DNA of 43,974 bases from an uncultured Oscillospiraceae bacterium (GCA_964492705.1 CAZBLS010000004.1:1-43974), one strand, 5' to 3'; positions 1 to 10,227 are shown, counted from the stretch's first letter. Made by a program: numbers and translations. Notes: generated by a model from the letters alone, not told the origin.

Positions 1-81
1 GGCGTAGCGTAACCCATTGTATATGCCCGGCGCCGAATCGCTCAGCGTTCCGTCAAGGTCGAAAAATACTTTTACTTTCAT
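1..81 (-). CDS. HAD-family hydrolase/phosphatase, 5' portion (runs off window edge)
   Basis: Minus-strand translation from ATG at 81 gives MKVKVFFDLDGTLSDSAPGIYNGLRYA, which contains HAD motif I (FDLDGTL). GGAGGA RBS at 85-90 on the minus strand. Confidence 0.85.
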   Translation of the reverse strand, partial: MKVKVFFDLDGTLSDSAPGIYNGLRYA

Positions 82-189
82 AAGTCCTCCTAAAAAAACA
101 AAACTGCAACCTATTATAACTCCAAAAGCGTTTTTCGGCAACCCGATCGGCATTTGATGAAAAAAATTTTGGAAAATTGTCAAAAGTAT

Positions 190-219
190 TTGACAGGACG
201 GGGGGTTATTTGATATAAT
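190..219 (+). promoter_or_regulatory. sigma-A-type promoter of rpsU
   Basis: TTGACA (190-195), 18-nt spacer, TG-n-TATAAT (214-219). Confidence 0.75.
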
Positions 220-276
220 GACGCCGTGATATGAGAATTACTCTCGTGTTATACCAAACCGAGGGGAGGGATATTG

Positions 277-450
277 ATGTCAGAAATACATGTTGGTGAA
301 AATGAATCCTTGGAGAATGCACTTAAACGTTTTAAGCGTAAATGCGCACGTGCAGGCGTTCTTGCGGAGGTTCGTAAGAGAGAACACTATGAAAAGCCCA
401 GCGTAAAGAGAAAGAAAAAGGCTGAGGCTGCAAGAAAAAGAAAGTATTAA
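277..450 (+). CDS. rpsU: 30S ribosomal protein S21
   Basis: Not in the ORF track (57 aa). Manual translation gives [57 protein letters not shown], with a GGGAGG RBS. Confidence 0.97.
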   Translation: MSEIHVGENESLENALKRFKRKCARAGVLAEVRKREHYEKPSVKRKKKAEAARKRKY

Positions 451-455
451 AAAGC

Positions 456-497
456 AAAGTGACCGACGGGAAATGCCTGCGGTCATTTTTCTTTTTT
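456..497 (+). terminator. intrinsic terminator after rpsU
   Basis: GTGACCG...CGGTCAT stem followed by a T-rich run. Confidence 0.75.
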
Positions 498-548
498 CTG
501 AATTTAAACGGACGGCATGGCATAAGATTATCCGCGGAGGTGTGTTAA

Positions 549-803
549 ATGAAGACCGAAACGGTTAAAAAATGCGGATTTCCACCCGAAAGTGCGGGAA
601 TATTGCGAATTTCGCTTTGGAATGACGATCTTGTGCAAGTGGAAAACTGTACGGAAGTTGCCGACATAAAAAACGAATGTGTGAAAATTGCCTGCGGAAA
701 CCGAATTATTGCCGTAAACGGGGAAAATCTCGAAGCAAAAGACCTCGTCGGCGGTAATTTATGCATTATCGGCAGAATTTTATCAATAGAATATTTGACC
801 TGA
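549..803 (+). CDS. yqfC: YabP/YqfC-family sporulation protein
   Basis: 84 aa with 'VQVENC...IKIAC...IAVNGENL..KDL....LCIIGRILSIEY' pattern, in the canonical position before yqfD. Confidence 0.75.
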   Translation: MKTETVKKCGFPPESAGILRISLWNDDLVQVENCTEVADIKNECVKIACGNRIIAVNGENLEAKDLVGGNLCIIGRILSIEYLT

Positions 804-813
804 GGGAATAATT

Positions 814-1935
814 ATGATAAAATTAAGAATGTGGGCAAGTGTAAAAATAAAAGTTACGGGGCTGAATTTAAAATATGTGCTGGATACGGCGAGGGAAAAC
901 GGTATAACTCTCTTTTCCGTTAAGCGCACCGACGGCTCATCCCTTGAAATTTCTCTTTCCCGTAACGGCGCAACGGAGCTTATCGGACTTTTGCCCGATG
1001 AAGTATACCGAACGGAAATTTTGCATAAAAACGGTTTGTTTTTTAAACTTGAAAAACTTAAAGGCAGATATGCGCTTTTTTCGGGAATACTTATATTCAC
1101 GGCATTTATGCTGATTTTGTCAAATCGCACGTGGCTTGTCAGAGTTTACGGCTGTGAAGAAAGCGAAACTTCCGCCATAACAGACACTGCCGAAAATGCA
1201 GGTGCAATAGGTAATTACCGCAATATCGATACCGAAAAGGTAGCACAGGCGGTAACGGAATTCAGGGAAGATATAATCTGGACTTCCGTACGGGTAAAAG
1301 GTATTTTTACGGAAGTATACGTAAAAGTAAAACCGCAGAGAGAAAAGGAAAACACTGCCGACAGAATCGTCGCTTCAAAAGACGGCAGAATTTTAAGTTT
1401 GACGGTAACGGGAGGTACAGCCGAGGTTGAAGGCGGCACGACCGTGTTAAAGGGGCAGACGCTTATTTCCGGCAGGCAAAAGATAGGCGAGACGGAATAT
1501 CCCGTAAATGCATCGGGCAAGGCGGTAGCGGAAGTTTGGTACTACGCAAGCGAAGAAACGGAACTTAAAACGGTTGAATATTCCGAAACGGGCGGAGAAG
1601 AGACGGCAACGGAATTTTCGCTTTTCGGAATAAACATATCGCCGAAATCAAGCGGATTTGAAAATTACAGGGAAGAAAAAACGCTTATCAATACGCATTT
1701 TCTTCCCATAAAAATATATAAGATAACCTACCGAGAGACGGAGAAAAAACAGGTGACGCCGGACATAGGAATAATCGCGAAAGAGACGGCGGAAGAACTT
1801 GAAAAGAAAATACGTATGCAGATACCGACAGATGCCAAAATAAAGAGCAAAAAGTACGGCTATGAAGAAAAAGACGGTGTGCTCTATGTTTGGGCATATG
1901 CGGAAACAGTTGAAGATATAGCGCAAAGAGGATGA
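814..1935 (+). CDS. yqfD: stage IV sporulation protein YqfD
   Basis: One TM segment, 'IVASKDGRI...V..G...V..G..V.KGQTLISG' motif, yqfC-yqfD-phoH synteny. Confidence 0.88.
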   Translation: MIKLRMWASVKIKVTGLNLKYVLDTARENGITLFSVKRTDGSSLEISLSRNGATELIGLLPDEVYRTEILHKNGLFFKLEKLKGRYALFSGILIFTAFMLILSNRTWLVRVYGCEESETSAITDTAENAGAIGNYRNIDTEKVAQAVTEFREDIIWTSVRVKGIFTEVYVKVKPQREKENTADRIVASKDGRILSLTVTGGTAEVEGGTTVLKGQTLISGRQKIGETEYPVNASGKAVAEVWYYASEETELKTVEYSETGGEETATEFSLFGINISPKSSGFENYREEKTLINTHFLPIKIYKITYRETEKKQVTPDIGIIAKETAEELEKKIRMQIPTDAKIKSKKYGYEEKDGVLYVWAYAETVEDIAQRG

Positions 1936-2894
1936 AAATGGATATTATAAATGTAGATAAAGCGGAATATTTGCCTGAACTTTTCGGCAACAGAGACGAA
2001 AATATCGGGATAATCGAAGAAGAATTGGGAGTTAGGGTCTTTACGGATAACGGCGGTATTGCCGTGGAGGGAGAAGATTCGGGTATGAATGCCGTTGCGG
2101 TAAACGTGATACGCAGACTGCTTAATCTTCTTGCCAAAAACGAAAAGATCGACAAGACCCGAATACGATATGCTGCCGAACTCGCCAAAGAGGGCAGAGA
2201 CGATCTTATAGAAGAAATAATGAGCGATGCGGTGGCAATAACGTACAAGGGCGCAAAAATACGCTGTAAAACGCTCGGTCAGCGAAAGTATGTGCAGGCA
2301 ATGCAAAAGAACACCGTGGTGTTCGGCGTAGGTCCGGCAGGCACGGGTAAAACCTACTTGGCAATGGCAAATGCCGTTATGGCATATAAGAACAAAGAGG
2401 TTTCAAAAATAATTTTAACAAGACCTGCCGTTGAAGCAGGTGAAAAATTAGGATTTTTGCCGGGAGATCTGCAACAGAAAGTCGATCCGTATCTCCGTCC
2501 GCTGTACGATGCCATACACGAAATGATGGGCGTGGAAGCGTACCAAAAACTGTGGGAGAGAGGCGTTATAGAAGTGGCACCCCTTGCATATATGAGAGGT
2601 CGCACGCTTAACGATGCATACGTGGTTTTGGACGAAGCACAAAACACTACCGTGGAACAGATGAAAATGTTCCTTACAAGGCTCGGTGAAAATTCCAAAA
2701 TGGTAATAACGGGCGATCTTACACAGATAGATCTTCCCTCGGGAAAAACGAGCGGATTAAAGCACGCAGTAAGCATTTTAGGAGGAATAGACGGCATAGC
2801 CGTATGCAAACTTACCGCAAAAGACGTGGTTAGACACGAGATAGTAATGAATATAATCAAGGCATACGATAAGAGTTTTGAGCAAAAGAGGTAA
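1932..2894 (+). CDS. phoH: PhoH-family ATPase
   Basis: GPAGTGKT Walker A, RPAVEAGEKLGFLPGD, YMRGRTL and LDEAQN motifs. Confidence 0.95.
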   Translation: MKMDIINVDKAEYLPELFGNRDENIGIIEEELGVRVFTDNGGIAVEGEDSGMNAVAVNVIRRLLNLLAKNEKIDKTRIRYAAELAKEGRDDLIEEIMSDAVAITYKGAKIRCKTLGQRKYVQAMQKNTVVFGVGPAGTGKTYLAMANAVMAYKNKEVSKIILTRPAVEAGEKLGFLPGDLQQKVDPYLRPLYDAIHEMMGVEAYQKLWERGVIEVAPLAYMRGRTLNDAYVVLDEAQNTTVEQMKMFLTRLGENSKMVITGDLTQIDLPSGKTSGLKHAVSILGGIDGIAVCKLTAKDVVRHEIVMNIIKAYDKSFEQKR

Positions 2895-2899
2895 TATAA

Positions 2900-5113
2900 A
2901 TGAGCCGTGAACGGGACAGGCGAAACAGAAATTTAGGACACGATGCAAATAAACTGTATAAGACCCGATTGAGAAACAATATATTGGCGTTTATATTCGG
3001 CACGGTTGCGTACCTGTTTATAGCGTTTTTGGTTTTGTTGGAAATACTTCCGCAAACGTACGACGTAACGGTTGGCGAGGCGGCAAAGGAAACTATTTAT
3101 GCTATTGCCGAAGTGGAAGATACCGTTGCCACGGAAAATGCAAGACAGGAAGCAATGGACAGAGTACCCTCGGTTTATAAAGCCGACGGTACTTTAACTG
3201 CGCAGATGAAAGACTTTTTTGAAAATACCGTGTTCAAAGGTTTTAAAACCGTGGCGGATTACGGCAATACCGTACGCAAAATGACCGGCGCAGGCGAGGG
3301 GTATCAGGTTGCATACAGTACGCAACAGGTAAAGGAATTTGCGGAAAACGAACTTGCCTTTTTAAGTAAAAACAGGGAAAACGGTACGTCGGATGATACG
3401 GTAAAGACCGTGCTTGACAGTTCGCCAAATGATGTGGACAAACTTAAAGATTGGTTCCTGCCCGTGCTCGACGGGCAGTTACGTGCGGGAATAACTCCTG
3501 CCGATGAAGAAACGGTAAAGGATAAACTTATAGCGGACATACTTTCCTGTACCGAAACAGATAACAAAGAACTTAAATTGATTTTAAGCGAAACGGTAAA
3601 GGAAAATCTTATCTCGAACCATATTTTGGATGAAGAAGCCACCGAAAAAGCAAAAACGGAAGCATCTTCGAAAATAGAAACCGTATATATCAAAAAAGGT
3701 GCGGAGATTGTTGTAAAAGATGAAATCATCACGCAGGCACAGTACGATGCCCTTAATAAACTGGGTATGCTTTCAGAGGGCGGAATAAGTTACAGGCTCG
3801 TTATCGGCTCGGGCGCACTTGTTTTAATGCTTGTGCTCCTTGTTTCGTGGTACGTGATCAATTTTGAAAAAAAGACCGTTCTCCATCCCAAAAAAGTACT
3901 GCTTCTCGCACTTTTATGTATATCGGATATAGTAGTTTCCCTTATATTCAAAAGCGCAGGGTGGGAAATGATGATGAATACCGTTATGTGCACGGTGCTT
4001 GTTTGCGTTTTCTTTGACGAAAACTTGGCAATGACGGTAAATACGGCACTTTCGGTGGTGCTTGCACTTATAATTTCAAAAGAGAGCGACCTTTTCGGCA
4101 TAGATTCGGTTTCTCTTATGATCTCCACGTATGCAGGCGGTTCCGTTGCGGTGTTTTTAAGCAGATCCGTCAAAGTGCAGTCAAAGGCAAAACTTCTTTT
4201 CCCCGGATTTGCGGCGGGCGTTGCAGGTATGGTAACGGAGTTTACGGTGCTTATGCTTGCAGGTAAAAGTATTGAGTACAGTTCGGTGGCTGCGCTTTAC
4301 TGCCTTGCCGGCGGTGCTGTTGCGGCACTGCTCAGTACAGGCTCGGTTTCCCTTTGGGAATCGGCGTTTAACTTGCTTACCCAAAATAAACTTATGGAAC
4401 TTTCAAGCACGGGCGGAGACCTTTTGAGAAAAATGAGCATTGAAGTTCCGGGAACGTATCAGCATTCGGTGGCAGTTGCCACTATGGCTGAAAATGCGGC
4501 AAAGGATATAGGCGCAAATGCTATGCTTGCCCGTGCAGGTGCACTTTATCACGATATAGGTAAACTGCGTATGCCCGAGTGCTATACGGAAAATCAGACG
4601 GCGGATTCCCAAAACTTCCACAGTACGCTGTCACCGAGGGAAAGTGCGGATATGATATTCGCACATATTACCGAGGGCGTGCAAATGGCAAAGGCAAATA
4701 AACTTCCCACGGAAATAACCGATATAATACGTCAGCATCACGGAACTTCGGCGGTTATGTACTTCTATACAAAAGCAAAGGAAGCCGATCCCGATACGGA
4801 TATAAACGGTTTCCGCTATCCCGGACCCAATCCTCAAACAAAAGAAGCAGGAATAATACTGCTTGCCGACGGCATTGAAGCATCGGTAAGGTCAATGGAT
4901 GAAAAGAACGGCGACGCCATACGGGCACAGATAGAAAAAATGTGCAAGATGCGTATGGAAGACGGAGAACTTGACGATTGCGATCTTTCGCTGAAAGACA
5001 TAAACGCCGTAAAACATTCTTTTGCACAGACGCTTACGGCAATGTACCATACGAGAATAAAATACGAAAGCGACAAAAAAGGGGAGGAAAAGAATGAAAG
5101 CGGAAATAGTTGA
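2900..5113 (+). CDS. pgpH: 7TM-HD-domain phosphohydrolase (PgpH/YqfF-like c-di-AMP phosphodiesterase)
   Basis: N-terminal TM, extracellular domain, multiple TMs, then PGTYQHS, YHDIGK, HHGT, FRYPGPNP and LAD motifs; located between phoH and ybeY. Confidence 0.85.
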   Translation: MSRERDRRNRNLGHDANKLYKTRLRNNILAFIFGTVAYLFIAFLVLLEILPQTYDVTVGEAAKETIYAIAEVEDTVATENARQEAMDRVPSVYKADGTLTAQMKDFFENTVFKGFKTVADYGNTVRKMTGAGEGYQVAYSTQQVKEFAENELAFLSKNRENGTSDDTVKTVLDSSPNDVDKLKDWFLPVLDGQLRAGITPADEETVKDKLIADILSCTETDNKELKLILSETVKENLISNHILDEEATEKAKTEASSKIETVYIKKGAEIVVKDEIITQAQYDALNKLGMLSEGGISYRLVIGSGALVLMLVLLVSWYVINFEKKTVLHPKKVLLLALLCISDIVVSLIFKSAGWEMMMNTVMCTVLVCVFFDENLAMTVNTALSVVLALIISKESDLFGIDSVSLMISTYAGGSVAVFLSRSVKVQSKAKLLFPGFAAGVAGMVTEFTVLMLAGKSIEYSSVAALYCLAGGAVAALLSTGSVSLWESAFNLLTQNKLMELSSTGGDLLRKMSIEVPGTYQHSVAVATMAENAAKDIGANAMLARAGALYHDIGKLRMPECYTENQTADSQNFHSTLSPRESADMIFAHITEGVQMAKANKLPTEITDIIRQHHGTSAVMYFYTKAKEADPDTDINGFRYPGPNPQTKEAGIILLADGIEASVRSMDEKNGDAIRAQIEKMCKMRMEDGELDDCDLSLKDINAVKHSFAQTLTAMYHTRIKYESDKKGEEKNESGNS

Positions 5114-5570
5114 TTACTTTGAGACCGAAGAAAGCAGTAAATTCGTTCAGGTGCTTGAACGCACGGTATCTTTTGCAGGTAAAGAAGAGTTGAACAGAGA
5201 AGATTATGAGGTTTGCGTATATCTTACCGACGGCGAGACTATACGGAGCATAAATGCCGAGCAGAGAGGAATAGACAGTGAAACGGACGTGCTTTCCTTT
5301 CCTCTGTGGGACAGAAACGGCGGAGAAGAACCTTTTGTAAACCCCGAAACGGGAAATATAATGCTTGGGGATATTGTGATTTCACTGCCGAGGCTTAAAG
5401 AGCAGGCGGAGGAGTACGGCCACAGCGAAACGAGAGAAGCGGCGTATCTTTGTATTCACGGTATGCTTCACCTTATGGGATACGACCATATGGAAGAAGA
5501 CGAAAAGAAAATAATGCGTGAAAAAGAAGAGACAATGCTCAAAAAACTCAATTACACCAGAGAGGATTGA
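5094..5570 (+). CDS. ybeY: rRNA maturation endoribonuclease YbeY
   Basis: TDVLSFP, LGDIVIS and HGMLHLMGYDH motifs. Confidence 0.95.
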   Translation: MKAEIVDYFETEESSKFVQVLERTVSFAGKEELNREDYEVCVYLTDGETIRSINAEQRGIDSETDVLSFPLWDRNGGEEPFVNPETGNIMLGDIVISLPRLKEQAEEYGHSETREAAYLCIHGMLHLMGYDHMEEDEKKIMREKEETMLKKLNYTRED

Positions 5571-6676
5571 TACATATTATGAAGATGACTCCCGAATTGC
5601 TTGAAGAGTATACCGAGTTTGCCGAAAATCACGAAAGAAGTCACATATTGCAGTCGGCACAGTGGGGCAAAGTGAAAAAAGAATGGACGAACGAATTTGC
5701 GATTGTCCGCAATGAAGAGGGAAAAATATGCGGAAGTATGAGTATTCTTATAAGAAAGATACCTATGTTTCCCTGCACGTTTATGTATGCCGCAAGGGGA
5801 CCTATATGCGATTTGCACGACGAAAAGGTTCTGCGTGAACTTACCGAGCAAACAAAGGAGATTGCCGAAAAATACAGGGCGATGAATATTAAGATAGATA
5901 CAGATACGCCTGCGACTGATAGGGAATATGCCGAGATTATGAAAAAACTCGGGTATAAACTTAAAAATAATTACTATAATTTGGAGGGCGTACAGGCAAG
6001 GTTCTTAATGCGAGTTTACTTAAAGGACAGGACCGAGGAAGAATTGCTTGCATCGTTCCACCACAAGACACGCTATAATATCAGGGTCGCACAAAAGAAA
6101 GGCGTAAAGATAAAAATAGGTTCAAGGGAAGATATTCCGCAATTTTTCGAACTTATGCGCACTACCGGTGAGAGAGACGGCTTTCTTACAAGGGGCATAG
6201 ACTATTTTTATCGTATGTACGACAGTTTGGGAAAATATTTGCGTCTGTTCCTTGCGTACGTTACCGACGAAAACGGCAACGAAGTTTGCGTTTCGGGTAC
6301 GATGGCAGGGCTTTTCGGTAACAAGTGCCTGTATCTTTACGGCGCATCGGGCAATGAGTACCGCAATTATATGCCCAACTATCTTATTCAGTGGGAAATG
6401 ATACGTTGGAGCAGAGAAAACGGATGTGACGTTTACGACCTCAGGGGCGTGCCGGGGAAAATAGAGGATGAGAACAATCCCATATACGGTCTGTATAAGT
6501 TCAAAAAGGGCTTTGCGGGACAGGCTACCGAGATGATAGGCGAATTTGACTATGCATTCAGACCCGTTTGGTATAGACTTTTTAAGGTTTCGGAGAGCAC
6601 TTTAAAGAAATCTCGCAAGTTTTTATCCCACACAAAAAGCATTTTACGCAAAAAAGTTGCCAAAAAAGACAAATAG
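5567..6676 (+). CDS. FemABX/MurM-family peptidoglycan bridge aminoacyltransferase
   Basis: LQSAQWGKVK, YAARGP, KTRYNIRVAQKKGV, YLYGAS, YLIQWEMI and GLYKFKKGF motifs. Confidence 0.9.
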   Translation: MIHIMKMTPELLEEYTEFAENHERSHILQSAQWGKVKKEWTNEFAIVRNEEGKICGSMSILIRKIPMFPCTFMYAARGPICDLHDEKVLRELTEQTKEIAEKYRAMNIKIDTDTPATDREYAEIMKKLGYKLKNNYYNLEGVQARFLMRVYLKDRTEEELLASFHHKTRYNIRVAQKKGVKIKIGSREDIPQFFELMRTTGERDGFLTRGIDYFYRMYDSLGKYLRLFLAYVTDENGNEVCVSGTMAGLFGNKCLYLYGASGNEYRNYMPNYLIQWEMIRWSRENGCDVYDLRGVPGKIEDENNPIYGLYKFKKGFAGQATEMIGEFDYAFRPVWYRLFKVSESTLKKSRKFLSHTKSILRKKVAKKDK

Positions 6677-6679
6677 TGT

Positions 6680-6708
6680 TTGACAGACTTGAAAAAATGT
6701 GATATCTT
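6680..6708 (+). promoter_or_regulatory. sigma-A-type promoter of rpmG-secE-nusG
   Basis: TTGACA, 17-nt spacer, TG-n-TATCTT. Confidence 0.6.
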
Positions 6709-6758
6709 ATTTTGGCTTAATATCGGAGCAGTTTGTTTAAATTCGGGAGGTGCTTAAA

Positions 6759-6920
6759 ATGGCAGTCGGACAGAGAACTAAAATTACTCTTGCCTGCACA
6801 GAGTGCAAGAACAGGAATTACGATACAATGAAGAACAAAAAGAATAATGCTGAGCGTATTGAACTTCAAAAGTATTGCAGATTCTGCAAAAAACATACCC
6901 TGCACAAAGAAACCAAATAA
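6759..6920 (+). CDS. rpmG: 50S ribosomal protein L33 (Cys-containing form)
   Basis: Not in the ORF track. Translation [53 protein letters not shown], with a GGGAGGTG RBS. Confidence 0.96.
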   Translation: MAVGQRTKITLACTECKNRNYDTMKNKKNNAERIELQKYCRFCKKHTLHKETK

Positions 6921-6955
6921 ATAATTATTTCGGATTATTAAAGGTGTGATTTATT

Positions 6956-7273
6956 ATGTCGGAAAATGAAGAGAAAGTTGCCGTAAAGGCCGATGCCGTT
7001 AAAGAAGCGGTTAAGGCAAATAAGGGCGACAAGAAAAAGAAAAAAGAAAAAAAAGACAGAAAACGTCCTTTCGGTGAGATGATCTCGGAACTTAAAAAGG
7101 TAAGTTGGCCTACAAAGGAAGACTTGCGCACGTACTCTGCCTGCGTTATAGTATTCGTCCTTATATCGTCGGTTTTACTCGGGTTGATGGACGTGGGTGT
7201 TTCGGCACTTATCGAATACATAAGCGATGCGGACAAACTGCCCGGTGTTCTTAACGGTTTGTTCGGAGGCTGA
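6956..7273 (+). CDS. secE: preprotein translocase subunit SecE
   Basis: ELKKVSWPTK motif plus a TM helix; rpmG-secE-nusG synteny. Confidence 0.93.
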   Translation: MSENEEKVAVKADAVKEAVKANKGDKKKKKEKKDRKRPFGEMISELKKVSWPTKEDLRTYSACVIVFVLISSVLLGLMDVGVSALIEYISDADKLPGVLNGLFGG

Positions 7274-7276
7274 CGG

Positions 7277-7804
7277 ATGGCAACTGAAAACGAAGGCAAA
7301 TGGTATGTTATCCACACCTATTCCGGTTATGAGAACAAAGTTCTTGACAGTATACAGAAAATGGTTGTGAACGCCGGTTTGCAGGACTATATCTTCGACG
7401 TGAAAATTCCCGTGGAAGAAGTTATGGAAATCAAAAACGAGCGCAGAAAAGTTGTACAGCATAAACTTTTCCCCAGTTACGTTATGATCAAAATGATTAT
7501 GACCAAACGCACCATGTATCTGATACGCAATACCAGAGGTGTTACGGGATTTGTAGGTCCCGGATCGAAAGAGCCTATTCCCCTTACCAATGAGGAAGTG
7601 CGCAGAATGGGCATTGAAGACGTTAGAGTTAAACTCGACGTTGCTGTCGGCGACGTTGTGGACGTTGTTTCCGGACCTTTGGAAGGTTTCCAAGGTACGG
7701 TGGAAGAAGTGGACGGAGTTCACCAAAAAGCCAAAGTGCTTGTTTCGATATTTAACCGAGACACTGCGGTTGAACTTGACTTCGTTCAAATTAAAAAAGT
7801 ATAA
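7277..7804 (+). CDS. nusG: transcription antitermination factor NusG
   Basis: WYVIHTYSGYENKV, RNTRGVTGFVG and a C-terminal KOW domain. Confidence 0.97.
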   Translation: MATENEGKWYVIHTYSGYENKVLDSIQKMVVNAGLQDYIFDVKIPVEEVMEIKNERRKVVQHKLFPSYVMIKMIMTKRTMYLIRNTRGVTGFVGPGSKEPIPLTNEEVRRMGIEDVRVKLDVAVGDVVDVVSGPLEGFQGTVEEVDGVHQKAKVLVSIFNRDTAVELDFVQIKKV

Positions 7805-7850
7805 TTGCGCTTTTGCGCCGATTATATACTGCTCGGGATAGCTTAACGGG

Positions 7851-7897
7851 CAGGGTGGGAGGATATAAATAAGTTATGTATCCGTGTACCACGTGCA
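7851..7897 (+). promoter_or_regulatory. L1-binding mRNA element upstream of rplK
   Basis: GTGGGAGGATA...TATCCGTGTACCAC: GUGG/CCAC helix, asymmetric GAG loop and an upper helix, resembling known L1 autoregulatory sites. Confidence 0.7.
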
Positions 7898-7917
7898 CTT
7901 TTTGAGGAGGTGTAATT

Positions 7918-8343
7918 ATGGCTAAAAAGGTTACAGGTATCGTGAAATTGCAGATCAATGCCGGTAAAGCAACTCCGGCGCCTCCGGTAGGTTCGGTTCT
8001 GGGCCCCCACGGTATCAACATTGCAGGTTTCTGCAAAGAATTTAATGAGCGTACGGCAAAAGACACGGGAATGATCATCCCCTGCGTAATTACTATTTAT
8101 CAGGACAGATCTTTCTCATTCATCACCAAGACCCCTCCGGCGGCTGTTCTTATTAAGAAAGCTTGCAAGATCGAGAGCGGTTCGGGTGTTCCCAACAAGA
8201 ACAAAGTTGCGCAACTTACCAAGGCTCAACTTAAAGAGATTGCCGAACTTAAAATGCCCGATCTCAATGCGGCAAGTGTTGAGGCGGCTATGTCTATGGT
8301 AGCAGGTACTGCCCGCAGTATGGGTGTTACCGTAGTTGACTAA
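7918..8343 (+). CDS. rplK: 50S ribosomal protein L11
   Basis: [25 protein letters not shown] and GTARSMG motifs. Confidence 0.98.
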   Translation: MAKKVTGIVKLQINAGKATPAPPVGSVLGPHGINIAGFCKEFNERTAKDTGMIIPCVITIYQDRSFSFITKTPPAAVLIKKACKIESGSGVPNKNKVAQLTKAQLKEIAELKMPDLNAASVEAAMSMVAGTARSMGVTVVD

Positions 8344-8369
8344 GCGCATAAGTAGGGCGCACTAAATAA

Positions 8370-8406
8370 GTGGGAGGGACGGAAATTACCGTACCGCTAT
8401 TACCAC
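8370..8406 (+). promoter_or_regulatory. second L1-binding mRNA element upstream of rplA
   Basis: GTGGGAGGGACGG...CCGTACCGCTATTACCAC directly abutting the rplA SD (AGGGAGGT). Confidence 0.7.
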
Positions 8407-8419
8407 AGGGAGGTTAATA

Positions 8420-9115
8420 ATGAAAAGAGGAAAAAAATATCAGGACAGCGTAAAGCTTATTGATTCCACCAAGTTGTACGATCCCGACGAAGCAATTGCT
8501 CTCTGCGTACAGACCGCAAAGGCTAAATTCGACGAGACCGTTGAACTTTCTATCAAATTGGGCGTTGACTCGCGTCAGGCTGACCAGCAGGTTCGCGGCG
8601 TTGTAGTACTTCCCCACGGAACAGGTAAAACTTCAAGAGTTCTTGTTATCGCAAAAGGCGAAAAAGCCGATGCCGCTACGGCAGCAGGTGCCGATTTCGT
8701 AGGTGCCGAAGAAATGGTACAGAAGATTCAGACCGAAAACTGGTTTGATTATGACGTTATCGTTGCAACACCCGATATGATGGGCTTGCTCGGACGTTTG
8801 GGTAAAGTGCTCGGTCCCAAAGGACTTATGCCTAACCCCAAGAGCGGTACCGTTACTATGGATGTTGCCAAAGCAGTTGCCGATATCAAAGCAGGTAAAG
8901 TTGAATACCGTGTTGACAAGACCAACATCATTCACGTACCCGTAGGTAAGGCAAGTTTCGGAGTTGAAAAACTTTCCGATAACGTAAAAGTACTTATGGA
9001 TGCGGTTGTTAAAGCTAAACCCGCAGCTGCAAAGGGTACTTATCTTAAAAGCGTTACGGTATCGTCAACTATGGGCCCCGGCATCAAAGTTAACGGTCTT
9101 AAATTCAACGCTTAA
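8420..9115 (+). CDS. rplA: 50S ribosomal protein L1
   Basis: [26 protein letters not shown] and STMGPG motifs. Confidence 0.98.
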   Translation: MKRGKKYQDSVKLIDSTKLYDPDEAIALCVQTAKAKFDETVELSIKLGVDSRQADQQVRGVVVLPHGTGKTSRVLVIAKGEKADAATAAGADFVGAEEMVQKIQTENWFDYDVIVATPDMMGLLGRLGKVLGPKGLMPNPKSGTVTMDVAKAVADIKAGKVEYRVDKTNIIHVPVGKASFGVEKLSDNVKVLMDAVVKAKPAAAKGTYLKSVTVSSTMGPGIKVNGLKFNA

Positions 9116-9122
9116 AAAACAG

Positions 9123-9151
9123 TTGACAGGATTCTGTTAAAGGTATATAAT
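9123..9151 (+). promoter_or_regulatory. sigma-A promoter of rplJ-rplL
   Basis: Consensus TTGACA-17 nt-TATAAT. Confidence 0.85.
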
Positions 9152-9164
9152 ATCACTACAATTA

Positions 9165-9275
9165 AATGATCGCTGTATGCCGTAGACAGCAGGTGCTTTA
9201 TGCTTAAATATCCTGCCGAGGAACAGATTTTGTTGATTTCTGCCCCCGTAACGTCTGTACGGGGGTTGTTTTTTT
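9165..9275 (+). ncRNA. ribosomal protein L10 leader (attenuator)
   Basis: CCGTAGACAGCAGG...TAAA..CCTGCCGAGG core typical of the L10 leader, followed by the terminator CCCCCGTA...TACGGGGG-TTGTTTTTTT before rplJ. Confidence 0.88.
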
Positions 9276-9297
9276 GAATAAATACGGAGGTTGAAAA

Positions 9298-9789
9298 ATG
9301 TCAGTCAGCAAGGAAACCAAAATTGCTCTGTATGAAGAGATCAAGGATAAACTTTCAAGAGCGCAGAACATTGTAATTGTTGATTACACAGGTGTTACGG
9401 TTGCCGAAGTAACCAAACTTCGTAACAACTGCCGTGAACTCGGTGTAGATTACAAGGTATACAAGAATACGCTTGTTGCGAAAGCCGCAAAGGAACTCGG
9501 TATTGAGGGACTTGATGCTTACCTTGAAGGTACTAACGCTTTTGCTTTCGGCTACGATGACGTAGTTGCTCCCGCAAAGGCAGTTTATGAGTTCGGTAAA
9601 GACCTTGAAAAGTGCACTATTAAGTGCGGTTATATGGATGGCAAAGTTGCTTCGGCCGAAGAGGAAATCGCTCTTGCGAAACTTCCCGGCAAAGATGCTC
9701 TTATTGTCAAACTTATATGGACACTTCAAGGCAATGTGCGTAATTTGGCTTATGCACTTAATGCTATCAAAGAAAAAATGGAAGCATAA
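9298..9789 (+). CDS. rplJ: 50S ribosomal protein L10
   Basis: VDYTGVTV, YKVYKNTL and LAKLPGK motifs; synteny. Confidence 0.96.
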   Translation: MSVSKETKIALYEEIKDKLSRAQNIVIVDYTGVTVAEVTKLRNNCRELGVDYKVYKNTLVAKAAKELGIEGLDAYLEGTNAFAFGYDDVVAPAKAVYEFGKDLEKCTIKCGYMDGKVASAEEEIALAKLPGKDALIVKLIWTLQGNVRNLAYALNAIKEKMEA

Positions 9790-9819
9790 TTTAATTTAAA
9801 AAATTTGGAGGAAATTAAA

Positions 9820-10182
9820 ATGACAAATGCAGAAATCGTTGCAGCAATCAAAGAAAAAACCATTCTTGAAATCGCTGAATTAGTAACAATGCTCGAAGAG
9901 GAGTTCGGCGTATCCGCTGCTGCTCCCGTAATGGTAGCCGGTGGCGCAGGTGCCGCTGCTGCTGAGGAAAAGACTGAATTTGACGTAGTTCTCGAATCTT
10001 TCGGTGAGAAGAAACTTGACGTTATCAAAGCCGTTAAAGAGGCTCTCGGTCTTGGTCTTAAAGATGCTAAGGATCTTGTTGAGGCTGCTCCCAAAGCAAT
10101 CAAAGAGGGCGCTCCCAAAGAAGAAGCTGAGGCTCTTAAAGCTAAACTTGAAGAAGTTGGCGCTACTGTTACTCTTAAATAA
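9820..10182 (+). CDS. rplL: 50S ribosomal protein L7/L12
   Basis: [18 protein letters not shown] and [12 protein letters not shown] motifs. Start moved to ATG 9820, after a GGAGG RBS. Confidence 0.97.
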   Translation: MTNAEIVAAIKEKTILEIAELVTMLEEEFGVSAAAPVMVAGGAGAAAAEEKTEFDVVLESFGEKKLDVIKAVKEALGLGLKDAKDLVEAAPKAIKEGAPKEEAEALKAKLEEVGATVTLK

Positions 10183-10227
10183 TCCGGTAAACGGATATAG
10201 CATTAAAAGCGAGATTTCACAGTGGAG

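Noticed and set aside
499-528. Possible sporulation-sigma promoter before yqfC (GAATTT...CATAAGAT)
   Set aside because: Plausible from context but too degenerate to support as a feature.
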